A stretch of DNA of 63,658 nt, filler included, from Nitrospiraceae bacterium (GTDB lineage: Bacteria; Nitrospirota; Nitrospiria; Nitrospirales; Nitrospiraceae), in assembly GCA_037442105.1 (NCBI GenBank). It is 3 parts of 3 records of this genome, joined end to end, with 100 filler letters (N's around TTAATTAATTAA, not from the genome) between each part and the next. Parts side by side here need not be neighbours in the genome. Positions count along the whole stretch, not along the records: positions 28,833 to 52,313 come from JBBIQV010000040.1; 2 more parts are not named here. The stretch is one strand, 5' to 3'. The position numbers and the translations under genes are program-made. This document shows positions 30,969 to 41,199 of the stretch, piece by piece. Numbering within the stretch: position 1 is the stretch's first letter; every line of letters starts with the position of its first letter. The notes beneath the pieces are model-generated. The model searched no databases and was not told the DNA's origin. It was given only the letters and a program-made list of their open reading frames with translations.

Positions 30969-33029
30969 TCAAAAATACCACGCCACGCCGCCCATCACAA
31001 ACCGCGGATTGCCCGGCACGAAGTGGATGTCGGTGACCGCAGCCGGCTCATTGCGGAGTTGCGAAGGAAAAGCGAAGGTGGCTTGTTCCCATTTTGTATT
31101 GAAAAGGTTCTGAACGAAGAGAAACGCTTCGAGGCGCCCGCGCAAGAGCTTGATGGGAAGTTGATACCGTTCGGACAGATCGAAGTCGATCCACGACGGA
31201 GCTTTGACGCTGCGATCTTCGGTGAGCGGACGGACTCCGAGATAGGTTGCCTGCAACTGAGAGGTCAGCCCTTCCGGCCATCGCAGAAGCAACGCGCCAT
31301 AGGCAGTCAGTTCCGGGGCTAACGGAATCGCGTCGCCGTTGCGGAATTCGGCCTTCGTCCAGGTGAAGCTGCCATTGAAGTACAACGGGCCGACGACTTG
31401 CCCACGGGCGGCGACTTCCACCCCCTCTCGCCTGGTCGCGCCGCGAATGTCCGTCGTCCCCTCGTCGCCCACAAACACGAGTTCGGATTTCAGATCTAAT
31501 CGCCAGAGGGTGGCGATCAACTCGATCCCATCCTGTCCCCAAGGTTTCGACCGCACCCCGACCTCATAGCTTTTGGCGCGCGCGAGCGGAGAGGCACCAG
31601 TCACCACCGCCGACCGGGCATCGTTGCTGTGGTAGCCCTCCCCGTAGTTGGCGAAGAATTCGGTGCTGGCCCAGGGACCAAGAATGAGGTTCATCTTGGG
31701 AAGGGCAATTCCGGAACTCTTTCGCCCTGCCGGTTGTTCTTGGCACGTTGCACAGCGATTCCGCACATCGAACGTGAATGTTTCTGCCCGAAGACCACCC
31801 GCTAGCCGCATCCATGGCATCGGTTGAAGCTCTACTTTGACGAACGGCGCGTAGGACGCTTCCAAAATGTCGCTGTCCGTCGTCGGGCCGGTCGGCATCC
31901 GCTTGGCCTGCGTCCCAAGCCTCGCATGAATGTCGTCCACCCTCGTTTGAAAGCCGATCGTCCCGATGCTCGGCACACCCAACACCTCGCCGCGCTGTTT
32001 GTAGCCGATATCGCCACCATACATGATCCGGCGATCGGACTGCTGAATGCCGTCGCCGGTGGTCGGCACGCCGCTGTTCGCGATGTCATTGGCGAAAAAC
32101 GTGAAATTCGTGAAGAGATCCAGCCGGTAGTACTGTCCGTATGCATTCGCGAAGAACTGGCCGCCTGAAGTCGTATCATAGTGATAGTTCAACCGCGCGG
32201 TGCTCCGGAGCGTCTTGCCGCCCTCCGACGGATCGATCGCGCCGAAGCGATCGAGCGATCCATCCTGGACTGCACGAAGAGGAATTTCTCCGGAGGCATT
32301 CCACTGGGCTTTGTGAAAGGTGCCGGTGAGACTGAATTCGTCTCGTCCGGTCAGATTCGTCGTCATCTTGCCGAACAGATTGCTCCGGAAGTACCGATTG
32401 TCGTTTTGGAACGGCCCATTGGTGTAGTAGCCCTCTGCGGCAAACAATGTGCGCACCTTCTCCTTGCTGGGAGAAAGCATGAGCAGATACCGCTGGGTAT
32501 CGAATTGGCCCCCGGCTCCTTGCACGACTCCTTCTTTGACCATCTCGCGCGTCCGGAAGTTCACTGCCCCTGCCGTGGCGAAGTCCCCATACTCCGGCAA
32601 ATACGCTCCCTTATACACATCGAGGCCCTCGATCGTTTCCGGAATGATGAAATTCAGGTCGGTATAACCCTGCCCGTGGGCATGCGTGCGAAGATTGATC
32701 GGCATGCCATCGGCAAAGAACGCGACGTCCGTTCCGTGGTCCGCGTCGAACCCGCGCAGAAAATACTGATCGGCCTTCCCGGCTCCGCCCGAGTGTTCCA
32801 CCGCGATGAAACCGGGAATGAGCCGCAGCACCTGCGCCGGCCGGCCCTGCGGCTGGAGGAGATATTCCTTGTCGGGAATGAACTGCTGCGATGACGCGGC
32901 GACCGGGCGCTCGCCGATTACCGACACTTCCGGCACTTCGATAGTCGACACATCAGGATCGTGAGCAAAGACAGAGGGAACGAGAAAAACAAGAACGGCG
33001 AGCTGGAGGAACAGGCTAAAAACGGTCAC
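30969..33029 (-). CDS. TonB-dependent receptor, probably for nickel
   Basis: Signal peptide, plug motif LRGFDADHGTD, C-terminal WYF; 7 nt downstream of nikR. Confidence 0.88.
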   Translation of the reverse strand: MTVFSLFLQLAVLVFLVPSVFAHDPDVSTIEVPEVSVIGERPVAASSQQFIPDKEYLLQPQGRPAQVLRLIPGFIAVEHSGGAGKADQYFLRGFDADHGTDVAFFADGMPINLRTHAHGQGYTDLNFIIPETIEGLDVYKGAYLPEYGDFATAGAVNFRTREMVKEGVVQGAGGQFDTQRYLLMLSPSKEKVRTLFAAEGYYTNGPFQNDNRYFRSNLFGKMTTNLTGRDEFSLTGTFHKAQWNASGEIPLRAVQDGSLDRFGAIDPSEGGKTLRSTARLNYHYDTTSGGQFFANAYGQYYRLDLFTNFTFFANDIANSGVPTTGDGIQQSDRRIMYGGDIGYKQRGEVLGVPSIGTIGFQTRVDDIHARLGTQAKRMPTGPTTDSDILEASYAPFVKVELQPMPWMRLAGGLRAETFTFDVRNRCATCQEQPAGRKSSGIALPKMNLILGPWASTEFFANYGEGYHSNDARSAVVTGASPLARAKSYEVGVRSKPWGQDGIELIATLWRLDLKSELVFVGDEGTTDIRGATRREGVEVAARGQVVGPLYFNGSFTWTKAEFRNGDAIPLAPELTAYGALLLRWPEGLTSQLQATYLGVRPLTEDRSVKAPSWIDFDLSERYQLPIKLLRGRLEAFLFVQNLFNTKWEQATFAFPSQLRNEPAAVTDIHFVPGNPRFVMGGVAWYF

Positions 33030-33036
33030 GGGGAAG

Positions 33037-33453
33037 TCAGCACAACCCTTTTCCTGTCGTGGTGGTCGCTAGCTTCCCGTGCTTCACCCCTTTTGTCCCA
33101 ATAAGGGTGTCAGCCACCTGCTTAATTTCGGACCCTGTGCCCTTCACCACCAATACTTCCAAACAATGGTGGTGATCGAGATGCACGTGCATGCCGGAGA
33201 GTATGAGTGGCTGGTAACGATGCTGAATGTCGGTGAGCTTCCTGGTCAAATCCCGGACGTGATGATCGTAGACGAACGTGATGGTGCCGATCGTTTCCTT
33301 GTCCTCCGACCATTCTTCCCCGACCAGATTGTCTCGAATGAGGTCGCGCAACGCTTCCGATCGATTGGTATAGTGGCGGCGGCGAATGAGGCGATCGAAG
33401 TCGCGTAGAAGACGCACGTCAAGCGACACGCCAAAACGAACAAGGCTTTCCAT
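33037..33453 (-). CDS. nikR: Nickel-responsive regulator
   Basis: RFGVSL ribbon, NRSEALRDLIR, YDHH, HVHLDHHHCLE. Confidence 0.95.
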   Translation of the reverse strand: MESLVRFGVSLDVRLLRDFDRLIRRRHYTNRSEALRDLIRDNLVGEEWSEDKETIGTITFVYDHHVRDLTRKLTDIQHRYQPLILSGMHVHLDHHHCLEVLVVKGTGSEIKQVADTLIGTKGVKHGKLATTTTGKGLC

Positions 33454-33470
33454 CGTGGCCGCCTTCCCTA

Positions 33471-33517
33471 GTGGCACGTTTTTTTATTTTGTAGCACCAT
33501 TTGAACGCGCATGTCAA
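33471..33517 (-). promoter_or_regulatory. Sigma-70 promoter with overlapping NikR-type operator
   Basis: TTGACA (33517-33512), TGn-TACAAA -10; GTGCTAC-N13-GTGCCAC at 33497-33471. Confidence 0.75.
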
Positions 33518-33635
33518 CCAGCGACCTGCTTTACTCCTTCACACCTGACGGGCAGATCGGCGGGGAGGCGGAACGGGAGGCTGTACCTCAGTTCTGGTAG
33601 GCACCGACGTGGGACAACTTCAATCGCAGGAGCGT

Positions 33636-34214
33636 TTACGCTGCGTGGAATCTCCGCGCGAATTCACTTAACCCCTCGACGCGCTTTCGCAAGGCAGCCA
33701 CCACCTGCGCCAAGACCAGATCGGAGCTGCGTCCGGCGATTTCTTCCAACCTTCCGAGCTCCTCTTTGACGGCCGTCACATCGGTTTGCAGGTCGGTCAT
33801 GCCGGCTCTCAAGAACTCGACCATCTCACCGAGCGATTCGGCCTCCTTCTGAAGAAGATCTTTCTTCCGAATCAACGCGCTGACGTTCAAATTTCCTTTG
33901 GCCACCGCTCTGAAAACAGCACGAAAACGATACAGGGGACCGGCAATCCGATGGGAAAAGAACACCGAGTGAAGGGTCAAAAGCGCTATCGCCACAATCA
34001 TCGGCTGCCAAACTCGATTGTGCAGCACCAGGAACTGGCGGGACGCCTCTTTGAACTCCGGCGACGACAGACTATACTCATCGAGGGTAACCCCGACCGG
34101 GACAAAAATCGCTCCCGCAAAGACCAACCAGATAATCAACTGGTACGCGAAGCAGGCCGCAATGAATCGAGATTGGAAGGTGTCGTTGATGAGATACTGT
34201 CGTCGTCTTTTCAT
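33636..34214 (-). CDS. Membrane protein with HAMP domain and coiled coil
   Basis: Two TM segments, SHRIAGPLYRF. Confidence 0.75.
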   Translation of the reverse strand: MKRRRQYLINDTFQSRFIAACFAYQLIIWLVFAGAIFVPVGVTLDEYSLSSPEFKEASRQFLVLHNRVWQPMIVAIALLTLHSVFFSHRIAGPLYRFRAVFRAVAKGNLNVSALIRKKDLLQKEAESLGEMVEFLRAGMTDLQTDVTAVKEELGRLEEIAGRSSDLVLAQVVAALRKRVEGLSEFARRFHAA

Positions 34215-34378
34215 CGGCAAAGCCCCTGCTGAATGAAGTCGGTATGACTCGTCCGCACCGCCTTCCTTGGCAGTGCTCCGCCTAAAGAAAGTATGCGCCG
34301 TTTCCGTGCAAAGGCAACGAACTTGATGGTTTTAGCACGGTCGGGCTGGCGAGACAGACAACCGGCAGACGGCGCGGT

Positions 34379-35827
34379 TTATTCCGCTTGGATAGGCACG
34401 TACAGGACCGTGCCCTGGCGATTGACCAACAGCAACGCGACGTCGCTCGGTCGGATGGGTTCGGCCAGACGCTGGTAGGCGGCGAAGTTCGGAAGAGGCT
34501 GCCGGTTGAGTTCGACGAGGACGTCGCCGGGCTGGAGTCCGGACAATTCCGCCACGCTGCCATCTTCCACGTCGGTGACAACCACGCCGGTATCGACGTT
34601 GAGGTCCATCTGGCGGGCGAGGGCCGGGGTGATTTCATCTACGATAACGCCGGCCAGCGGATGAGTCGTGGATCCGGTTAGCGACGTAGCCGCCGCGCGC
34701 TTGACCCGTTCGCGTGGTGCCTCCTGTATCACCAGCTCCGCCTGCATCAGCCTGGTCTCGCGGATGATATCCAGCCGGTGCTTGCTGCCGATGGCCGCGG
34801 CGGCGATCAGGTTCCGGAGATGTCCGCTATCCATCACATCTCGCCCGTCGAAGCGGACCACAACATCGCCGCGATGCAAGCCGGCCTTCTCAGCCGATCC
34901 TTTCGGCTGAAGGTCGGTCACGATCGCACCCTTCACATCCGGTAAGCGAAACACTTTCCCTAACAACGGGGTCACATCCTGGGTGGAAGCGCCGAGGAAT
35001 CCACGGATGACCCGGCCGGTCTTGATCAGGCTCTGCATAGCCGCCCGCGCCATATTGCTCGGGATGGCGAAACCTACGCCGACGCTGCCGCCGGTGGGGC
35101 TGGCGATCGCGGTGTTGATCCCGACCAACTCGCCGGCGATATTCACCAAGGCCCCGCCGGAGTTGCCAGGGTTGATCGGCGCATCGGTCTGGATGAAATC
35201 TTCGAAGTCCGCCACGCCGACATCGGCCCGTCCCACCGCGCTCACGATCCCGAATGTGACCGTGCGACTTAGCCCGAGCGGATTTCCAATAGCAAGCACG
35301 AAGTCCCCCACCGATAACGCTCCCGAATCACCCCAGGGCACGGTCGGCAATCCTGTGGTGTTGATCTTGACTACCGCAACATCGGTTTTCGGATCGGTAG
35401 CGACCACGCGGCCTTTATATTGCCGGCGGTCGGCGAGAATGACTTCGACATCCACGGCCTCGGCAACCACGTGGTTGTTGGTGATGATGTACCCATCCTG
35501 GGATACGATGACGCCGGAACCTTGGCCATACTGGCGGCGGGACGGCGGCTCCTTGAACAGCCCGAAGGGAAGCCCTTCGTCACTGAAGGCTTGATCGTGG
35601 ACGACGACGGTCGAGGCGATGCTGACGACGGCAGGAATGACCTTGGCGGCAGTCGAGCGGACCTGCGCTTGAAGATCGCTCCCGCCCACGACCGGGATCA
35701 GCCGGCCAGAGGCACTGGCGGGAGACACATCACCCCAACCAGCACACACACACCCCAGCAGGACGAAGGCCCGCAGTAGACCTGCGCGCAGCAGGACACC
35801 TTGCCTCATTGCAGACAATTCTCTCAT
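34379..35827 (-). CDS. Do/DegQ-family serine endopeptidase
   Basis: TNNH, QTDAPINPGNSGG, two PDZ domains. Confidence 0.93.
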   Translation of the reverse strand: MRELSAMRQGVLLRAGLLRAFVLLGCVCAGWGDVSPASASGRLIPVVGGSDLQAQVRSTAAKVIPAVVSIASTVVVHDQAFSDEGLPFGLFKEPPSRRQYGQGSGVIVSQDGYIITNNHVVAEAVDVEVILADRRQYKGRVVATDPKTDVAVVKINTTGLPTVPWGDSGALSVGDFVLAIGNPLGLSRTVTFGIVSAVGRADVGVADFEDFIQTDAPINPGNSGGALVNIAGELVGINTAIASPTGGSVGVGFAIPSNMARAAMQSLIKTGRVIRGFLGASTQDVTPLLGKVFRLPDVKGAIVTDLQPKGSAEKAGLHRGDVVVRFDGRDVMDSGHLRNLIAAAAIGSKHRLDIIRETRLMQAELVIQEAPRERVKRAAATSLTGSTTHPLAGVIVDEITPALARQMDLNVDTGVVVTDVEDGSVAELSGLQPGDVLVELNRQPLPNFAAYQRLAEPIRPSDVALLLVNRQGTVLYVPIQAE

Positions 35828-35869
35828 GTCAGCGTGGCCGAGCTTACCATGTGGTCAACCACCGAGCAC

Positions 35870-38530
35870 TCACAATTCAACATTCCGTAACCGGAGGGCG
35901 TTCGAGATCACCGACACGGAGCTGAATGTCATGGCCGCACTGGCGATCATCGGACTCAAGAGCAATCCCCAGATCGGATAGAGCACCCCGGCTGCGATCG
36001 GCACCCCCAGCAAGTTGTAGGCAAAGGCAAAGAACAGATTCTGCCGGATGTTCCGCATCGTCGCTCGACTGAGACGCCGTGCGCGGACAATGCCGCGAAG
36101 ATCGCCTTTCGCCAGCGTGATTCCCGCGCTCTGCATGGCCACATCGGTCCCTGTCCCCATCGCCACCCCCACATGGGCTTGCGCCAACGCCGGTGCATCG
36201 TTGATCCCATCTCCGGCCATGGCGACGATGCGACCTTTCTCCTGGAGTTCCTTGACCACTTGCCCCTTCTGAGCCGGCTGGACTTCGGCAATGACGTCGT
36301 CGAGGCCGAGCCGGCCGGCCACCGCCATAGCCGTCGAGCGATGGTCGCCGGTCAGCATGATCAACCGCAACCCTTCTTCTTTCAACAGTCGAATCGCCTC
36401 GGGCGCCGAGGCCTTGATGGGATCAGCCACGCCCAGCAGCCCGGCGGGCCGGCCATCGACCGCGATGAAGACGATCGTCTGGCCCTCCTGGCGGAGGCTC
36501 TCGGCTTCTTTGTCCAAGACGGAAAGACTGTCGCCCTGTACACTGATCTCGTCACGGAGAAAGTTCCACGTTCCCACAGCAACCGTTCGCCCCTGGACCC
36601 TCCCCCTCACACCCTTGCCTGTAAAGGACTTGAACTCTTGCACCCCTCCGATCGGCAAGCCACGAGCCTGTGCTTCTGTGACGACGGCCGATGCGAGCGG
36701 ATGCTCACTACCTCGTTCCAGGCTTGCCACAAGCGACAGGAGGTCCTTTTCGCCCCATGGAGCGACGGATCTGATCGCCAGCAGTTTGGGCTTGCCCTCT
36801 GTCAACGTGCCGGTTTTGTCGAACACCAATGTATCCACCTTCTCAAGCATCTCCAGCGCCTCAGCCTGCTTGATCAAGACTCCCGTCGTCGCTCCACGGC
36901 CTGTACCCACCATGACCGACATGGGAGTCGCCAGCCCGAGCGCACAGGGACAGGCGATGATCAAGACCGCCACAGCACTGACCAGGGCATAGGCCAATCG
37001 CGGCTCCGGCCCCCAGAACGTCCAGGCAATGGCCGTGAGGATCGCAACCAGCACGACACCGGGCACGAAGTATCCTGCCACCACGTCCGCCACCCGTTGA
37101 ATCGGCGCGCGACTCCGTTGCGCCTCACTGACCATGCGGACGATCTGCGCAAGCAGCGTGTCCGAGCCGACTCGTTCAGCCTGCATGAGGATGCTTCCAT
37201 TGCCGTTGATCGTTCCGCCGGTCACGCGTGCGCCGACGGTCTTCTCGACCGGGAGAGGCTCGCCGGTAATCATCGATTCATCGATGGCCGTCGTTCCCTC
37301 GACCACGATGCCGTCCACCGGCACCCGTTCACCGGGCCTGACACGCAGGCGGTCGCCGACCTTCACCTGATCCAGCGGAATATCATCCTCACGCCCGTCA
37401 CTTCGCACCAACCGCGCGGTCTTGGGCGCCAGACCGAGCAACGCGCGGATCGCGCTGGAGGTCCGGCTTCGGGCGCGCAGTTCCAGCACCTGCCCGAGCA
37501 ACACCAGTACTGTGATTACTGCAGCCGCTTCGAAATAAACCGCCAGCGTACCGTCAGGCCGGCGAAAGGCTTGGGGGATCAAATTCGGCAACGCCGTGCT
37601 CACGAGGCTAGAGACGTAGGCAGTACCAGTCCCGATGGCAATCAACGTGAACATGTTCGGGCTAAGGTTGCGGATGGACTGCCAGCCGCGCTGAAAAAAC
37701 GGCCATCCTCCCCACAGCACCACCGGCGTTGCGAGGAGGAACTGAATCCAGTTCAGCACACCGCCCGGCAAGACCCGTTGCAGCGGTTGGCCTGGAAGCA
37801 TGTCCGACATGGCGATACCGAACACGACCAGCGCCGGTCCAAGGCTCATCCAGAAACGCCGGGACATGTCCACAAGTTCCGGGTTCGCTTCCTCCTCGAT
37901 TGCAACGGTCCTTGGTTCCAACGCCATCCCGCATATCGGGCAGGAACCAGGCTCCGACTTCACAACCTCTGGGTGCATCGGACAAACATACTCGGTTTTC
38001 ATAGCGGCAGGGAGGATGGTCGCCGATTCGAGCGCCATGCCGCACTTCGGGCAAGGACCGGGTTTGTCCGCGTGGACTTCCGGACACATCGGACAGAGAT
38101 ACTTATGGCAGCCATCGGGCTCGACGTGCTTGTGCACCGATGGTACCGGAGCCATTACTGGCTGGAGATACTTCGCAGGATCGGCCTGGAACTTCGTGAG
38201 GCACCCCTGACAACAGAAGTAGTACGTTTTCCCGTTGTATGGGTAGGAACCGGCCGCCGTGGCCGGCTGCACCGTCATCCCGCAGACCGGATCAATTTCG
38301 CCGGCCCCGGCGGATGGTGGTACTGTCATCGCCGCCATCGGAAGGGATTTTTTCGCCGCCGGCATCGCCACCATTACAAGCGGCGACGCCTTTACATACT
38401 TCTCCGGGTTTTCACGAAAACGTTCCAAGCAACGGAGCCCGCAGAAATAATAGAGCTTGCCCTTGAACTCCTCATGTCCGGCCGCTGTGGCCGGCTCCAC
38501 GGTCATGCCGCAGATCGGGTCAATCGCCAT
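35870..38530 (-). CDS. copA: Cu(I)-translocating P1B-type ATPase with YHS and CPMHP domains
   Basis: CPC, DKTGT, SEHP, GDGIND, YN..., MxxSS; DPxCGM YHS domains. Confidence 0.93.
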   Translation of the reverse strand: MAIDPICGMTVEPATAAGHEEFKGKLYYFCGLRCLERFRENPEKYVKASPLVMVAMPAAKKSLPMAAMTVPPSAGAGEIDPVCGMTVQPATAAGSYPYNGKTYYFCCQGCLTKFQADPAKYLQPVMAPVPSVHKHVEPDGCHKYLCPMCPEVHADKPGPCPKCGMALESATILPAAMKTEYVCPMHPEVVKSEPGSCPICGMALEPRTVAIEEEANPELVDMSRRFWMSLGPALVVFGIAMSDMLPGQPLQRVLPGGVLNWIQFLLATPVVLWGGWPFFQRGWQSIRNLSPNMFTLIAIGTGTAYVSSLVSTALPNLIPQAFRRPDGTLAVYFEAAAVITVLVLLGQVLELRARSRTSSAIRALLGLAPKTARLVRSDGREDDIPLDQVKVGDRLRVRPGERVPVDGIVVEGTTAIDESMITGEPLPVEKTVGARVTGGTINGNGSILMQAERVGSDTLLAQIVRMVSEAQRSRAPIQRVADVVAGYFVPGVVLVAILTAIAWTFWGPEPRLAYALVSAVAVLIIACPCALGLATPMSVMVGTGRGATTGVLIKQAEALEMLEKVDTLVFDKTGTLTEGKPKLLAIRSVAPWGEKDLLSLVASLERGSEHPLASAVVTEAQARGLPIGGVQEFKSFTGKGVRGRVQGRTVAVGTWNFLRDEISVQGDSLSVLDKEAESLRQEGQTIVFIAVDGRPAGLLGVADPIKASAPEAIRLLKEEGLRLIMLTGDHRSTAMAVAGRLGLDDVIAEVQPAQKGQVVKELQEKGRIVAMAGDGINDAPALAQAHVGVAMGTGTDVAMQSAGITLAKGDLRGIVRARRLSRATMRNIRQNLFFAFAYNLLGVPIAAGVLYPIWGLLLSPMIASAAMTFSSVSVISNALRLRNVEL

Positions 38531-38557
38531 GAGAACCCTGTGATGGGTGATGCGTGA

Positions 38558-39211
38558 TCATTTCTTTGCGTCGTTCTCCAGGATGCTCCTGATAATGCCG
38601 ATGACATTCTCACGATCAAAGTTTTCGCCGTCGACTTTAATGTTGCCGTCAAGCAACAGAGCGGGAGTCGATCGCACTTTGATCCGTTCCCCCCACCGCC
38701 GACCGTCCTCAAAGGCCTTGGCAGGAATCCCGCTGGCCAGAGCTGCCTCGAAGGCCACCGGATCCAACCCGACTTCCTTGATCAGCAATTCCCGGATGGC
38801 GCGGTCGAAAATCTGCACGCGGTCCTTGTGAATGGTGCGAAACAGAACCTTCTTCATTTCGTTCCCCTTGCCCATCGTTTTCGCTTGCTCATACATATCG
38901 AAAGCCGTCGGCAGCTTCCCGGGAATGACAGGGAACCCCACCATCGTCACCTCCAGCTTGTTCCCGAATTCTTTCTGGAGCAGGGGAAGGACCGACTCTT
39001 CAAACTTGTGGCAGTGGGGACAATAGAAATCGGCAAACTCGACAAGCTTGACCTTACCGGCCACATGGATCGAGGGCTCATTAAGCAACTCAAACCTCCC
39101 CTTCAGTTCGGGTCTCTCGGCCGACGCAAGCAAAGGGAAGATGGTCGCCCCCGTGAGAAGACCGAACAAGAGAACGAGCAGGAACCATCTACGTATGTGC
39201 ACCGGATTCAT
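38558..39211 (-). CDS. DsbA-family thioredoxin-fold protein
   Basis: CPHC, cis-Pro loop STP, signal peptide. Confidence 0.85.
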   Translation of the reverse strand: MNPVHIRRWFLLVLLFGLLTGATIFPLLASAERPELKGRFELLNEPSIHVAGKVKLVEFADFYCPHCHKFEESVLPLLQKEFGNKLEVTMVGFPVIPGKLPTAFDMYEQAKTMGKGNEMKKVLFRTIHKDRVQIFDRAIRELLIKEVGLDPVAFEAALASGIPAKAFEDGRRWGERIKVRSTPALLLDGNIKVDGENFDRENVIGIIRSILENDAKK

Positions 39212-39338
39212 GCGACCTACTCCTTTCTGAAGACTCACCATGAGCCATTTTCGCCATCGCCTTCCCATTATATACGAGCCGGTAAACGGACGTGAGTACG
39301 CGCGCCCCCTACCTGCGTGGGTTTGTTATAATGCCACC

Positions 39339-39881
39339 ATGCGAGACAGAAATACACTCATGCTCATCGCCACGGGCATCGTTGCGGGACTCACCGCCTG
39401 TGTTGCGAGTCCGAGCACGTACAACATGCCGCCGCGAGATGAGAGTATTCCCTTCGCCCAGCTCAAGGCCGCGCCTGATTCCTATAAAGGTCAGCAAGTT
39501 GTGCTCGGCGGGCGGGTGCTCAGCGCTAGGCGGCTGAAGGAAGGGACGCGCATCGAAGTACTGCAGCTTCCCTTAGACGGATCACAACAGGCTGGTGGAG
39601 AAGATCTGACTCGATCGCAAGGACGGTTCGTCGGGATGCACAAAGAGTTTCTCGATCCCGCCACGTTGCCACCGGGAATTTTCATCATTGTGACCGGCGA
39701 AGTCGCGGGAGCGATCACGCTCCCGCTTGACGAGACCGACTACACCTACCCGGTCATCGAGATCCGACAACTGACGGTGCGACCCTACGCCGAAGAAATC
39801 CCGACCGTCCGAATGCGGCCAATGCCACCCTCTTGGGGACCGTATTGGGGTCCCTATTGGAGACCTTACCCCTATTGGTGA
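39339..39881 (+). CDS. Slp-family outer-membrane lipoprotein
   Basis: LTA-C lipobox, GG..., IEVLQLPL, GRF, FLDPA, YTYP. Confidence 0.85.
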   Translation: MRDRNTLMLIATGIVAGLTACVASPSTYNMPPRDESIPFAQLKAAPDSYKGQQVVLGGRVLSARRLKEGTRIEVLQLPLDGSQQAGGEDLTRSQGRFVGMHKEFLDPATLPPGIFIIVTGEVAGAITLPLDETDYTYPVIEIRQLTVRPYAEEIPTVRMRPMPPSWGPYWGPYWRPYPYW

Positions 39882-39885
39882 GGTC

Positions 39886-40965
39886 TTATTTCCCTCCTGC
39901 CCCCACAATCCGCTCCACCCGCTCATCCCGGCCTCCAAGGTCGCGATAACGGCGGTATTGCGCGAGTGCCTTGGCCATATCCTTGCGGTACAGCTCATAG
40001 AACACGCCAAGGTTGTAGTGCGCTTCGGCATACTCCGGCTTCAAGGCCACAGCGCGCTCGTAGGCCTGCTCGGCATCGTCCAGCTTGTTCAGGCTGGTGT
40101 AGATCACGCCGAGGTTCATATGGGCCTCGGCATATTCTGGGCGCCAGCGAAGAACCTCCAGAAATTCGCGCTCGGCATCGGCGAGCCGGTTCTGACTCCG
40201 GAAGATGAAGGCCAGGTTGTAATGGGCATCGACGAGACTCGGCTTGGCGTTCACCGCCTGCTTATAAGCGTATGCGGCCTCCGCCAGATCGCCGGCTCGT
40301 TCGGCGATGCGCCCCAGGAGGTACCATCCATCCGCATGCTTAGAGTTCGCCTTGGTGAGCCGGGTCAGGTGTTCACGCGCTGATCGATGATCCCCCTGGT
40401 TATCATAGAGATTCGCAAGGCTGTAGAGGGCATCGGCGTGATCCGGATGGACGCGCAGCAAGGCCTGATAGGTCCGCACCGCCCCCTGGAGATCGTGACG
40501 TTCCTCGTACAGCTTGGCTAAATCCAAATAGGCTTCCTCGTTCCCGGGCGAGACCTCGATCGCTTTGGCCAGGAGACCCTCCGCCTCGGTGAGTTTCCCC
40601 TGAGCCAGATACACATCGGCCAGATCGTTCATGGCCTCGGCCGAGTCGGGGTTGAATTTCAGCGATTGCGACAGAGCCTGGGCCGCCTCAACCGGCCTCC
40701 TCTTGCTCTTGAAGTAGATGAGCCCCAGCAGATGATGCGCCTCAGCGAGCCGTGGATTCAGCTCGATCGCTTTCCGAAGCGCCTCGATGGCAGCATCCGC
40801 ATCGCCTTGCCGGAATGAGGCCGCGCCGCGTTCGTAGTGCTTCTTCGCAGCATCCGAGGGCCCTCCCGAGGCCACGTGAACGAAAGGAGAGAACAGAAGC
40901 AGGCACCCCCCCAACAAGACCAGCATCATGCTGAGTCTGCACCACCATAACCTCAGCCCGCCCAT
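39886..40965 (-). CDS. Exported TPR-repeat protein
   Basis: Multiple AEAHYNLG-type TPR units; SD GGAGGAG. Confidence 0.9.
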   Translation of the reverse strand: MGGLRLWWCRLSMMLVLLGGCLLLFSPFVHVASGGPSDAAKKHYERGAASFRQGDADAAIEALRKAIELNPRLAEAHHLLGLIYFKSKRRPVEAAQALSQSLKFNPDSAEAMNDLADVYLAQGKLTEAEGLLAKAIEVSPGNEEAYLDLAKLYEERHDLQGAVRTYQALLRVHPDHADALYSLANLYDNQGDHRSAREHLTRLTKANSKHADGWYLLGRIAERAGDLAEAAYAYKQAVNAKPSLVDAHYNLAFIFRSQNRLADAEREFLEVLRWRPEYAEAHMNLGVIYTSLNKLDDAEQAYERAVALKPEYAEAHYNLGVFYELYRKDMAKALAQYRRYRDLGGRDERVERIVGAGGK

Positions 40966-41199
40966 GTCTCCTCCGCGCCCTCCGCGTGCGAGACGAATTT
41001 CTCCTCCTACCCGATGACACGCCTGCGCACCAGCGGACTATAGAACGGTGACGCGGATGAAATCAACGAGTCGAGTTTCGGCGCGGAGTTCGCGCCGTGC
41101 CCATCGCTGGAGAGAGTTGGGCCGACCGGCAAACAGCCAGTGATGCGGGGCAACGCCATTGCTTGCCCCGCATCGAGACCGTAGGTTTATGCTTCGCAG

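Noticed and set aside
36173..38557. 794-aa plus-strand ORF and other long antisense ORFs (e.g. 47349..48935, 19786..20841)
   Set aside because: Shadow frames of well-supported genes in GC-rich DNA
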